Assembly (NCBI GenBank): GCA_002189035.1
Contig: NEEC01000011.1
Location: 496,001-560,000, forward strand
Direction of reading: 5' to 3'
DNA: 64,000 nt
Origin: Utricularia gibba
Taxonomy: Eukaryota; Plantae; Magnoliophyta
Position 1 is the first letter of the stretch; each line of letters opens with the position of its first letter. The notes below the pieces were generated by a model. That model worked only from the letters and a program-made list of their open reading frames with translations, had not been told where the DNA came from and searched no databases. The translations under genes and the position numbers were made by a program. Positions 62,780-64,000 of this stretch are shown here, in pieces.

Positions 62780-64000
62780 CCCTCTAAGTCTCACCCCAAT
62801 TTGACTTCCGAACATGATTAATTTTGATCTCTCGATCGCATCCTTCCCACGTCAGGCTATTGTACCACTTGTTTTCGTAGCTCTATTGAATCAAAAATCA
62901 AGCTGAAAATTAACAAGCAATCCGAAATTTGGAGGTTCAAGTGAGTCAGTTGGCAGTAGAGCTTGGAAACCTTAAACAAAAATGGAGTTTGCCATCTCAA
63001 CCCAAGCCAAACCCAAATTTCAGTGGAGGGCCGAACATCAGCACCATGATACTTAGGAGTGAAAAAGAGAAGCCTGGATGAGAATTAGTCAAGACTGAGA
63101 CTTAGGAGAATGAGACAGAAGAGTATGAAGTTATTGTACAGAGTGAGGATGAAATTGAAGTACTACCAGAACCTGTCACGGTGAAGCTGAAAGATGAGCA
63201 AACGGAGAAAGAAAAAATGTTGAAAGCATTGGGAAACACTCAATTGAATTTAACTCTCCTAGAGTATATTGATCTTGTGCCAAAGAGTGTCAAATATTTG
63301 AAGCAGCTATGCATGTCTAAACCCAAGCTAAAAGAGAAATGCTAGGTGAAATTAAGTGAAAGCTACTCAGCACTTCTCACATGGAAACTACCTGAAAAAT
63401 GCAAGGATCCGGGTACGTTTTTTATCCATGAAAAATAGGAGATTTGTGCATCAGGAGAGCTATGGCAGACCTGAGAGCTTCTATAAATGTCATGTCAAAT
63501 TCTGTTTATGAGGCACTTAGGTTGGGACCTTTGCAAGCATCGGGTGTGCAAATTGAGCTAGCGGATAGGAGAGTGATCTCTCCCAAAGGCTTGTTGAGGA
63601 TGTTCTGGTGAAAATTGAGCATCTTGTATTCCCATCTGAATTTTATGTGGTGAACATGCCTTTTGGAGGATCAAACGACACGACAATTATCTTGGGGAGA
63701 CCATTCTTGAGCACTTCGAATGCTATCATCAACGTGAAGATGGGGATCATTGAGCTTTCTTTTAATGAAGACAAAATCACACTGGACATGAAGGATGTCA
63801 AGAATTATCCTAGTGATTTTGAGAGCATTTGTGCTGTGGATGTCATGGATGGACTCATTGAGGAGCACTTGAAGAAAAAAATTCAAGAAAAAGAAGAGGC
63901 TCATGAAGAATATTTATTTGCAAAGTTGGAAACTGAAGAAAAATTCGAGCAATTAAATGTTGTACAAGCCAGAACTCAGGAAGAGAGGTTAGCTGAATTG
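62780..64000 (+). mobile_element. Athila-like gag C-terminus/aspartic protease remnant, running off the window
   Basis: IRNLEVQVSQLA, KLPEKCKDPGTF, RAMADL.ASINVM, IELADR..SPKG..EDVLVKI, IILGRPFL.T.NAIINVK.G; frameshifts and stops. Confidence 0.88.

Overview
Eukaryotic (flowering-plant-type) nuclear DNA. About three quarters of the window is nested, decayed transposable elements: Mutator/MuDR, hAT, PIF/Harbinger, Angela- and other Copia LTR elements, Athila-like Gypsy LTRs and MITEs. A compact gene island at about 41-56 kb holds four host genes: a NIPA-family Mg transporter (minus strand, with an apparent 1-nt frameshift), FIS1, the meiotic axis gene ASY3/PAIR3, and a group-S1 bZIP53-like gene with its conserved sucrose-repression uORF. 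The best-resolved TE is an Angela-lineage Copia (26150-32944, TSD ACTTC) inserted into an older Copia RT. The most unusual items are (i) a decayed, intron-containing chimera of a gypsy-type 'Transposase_28'-like domain, a coiled coil and an FCP1/NIF-like HAD phosphatase domain, lying convergent to a MuDR transposase across a tandem-repeat spacer, and (ii) an hAT-Harbinger transposase junction. No rRNA, tRNA or CRISPR array is supported. All family calls come from motif recognition by eye; no database searches were run.
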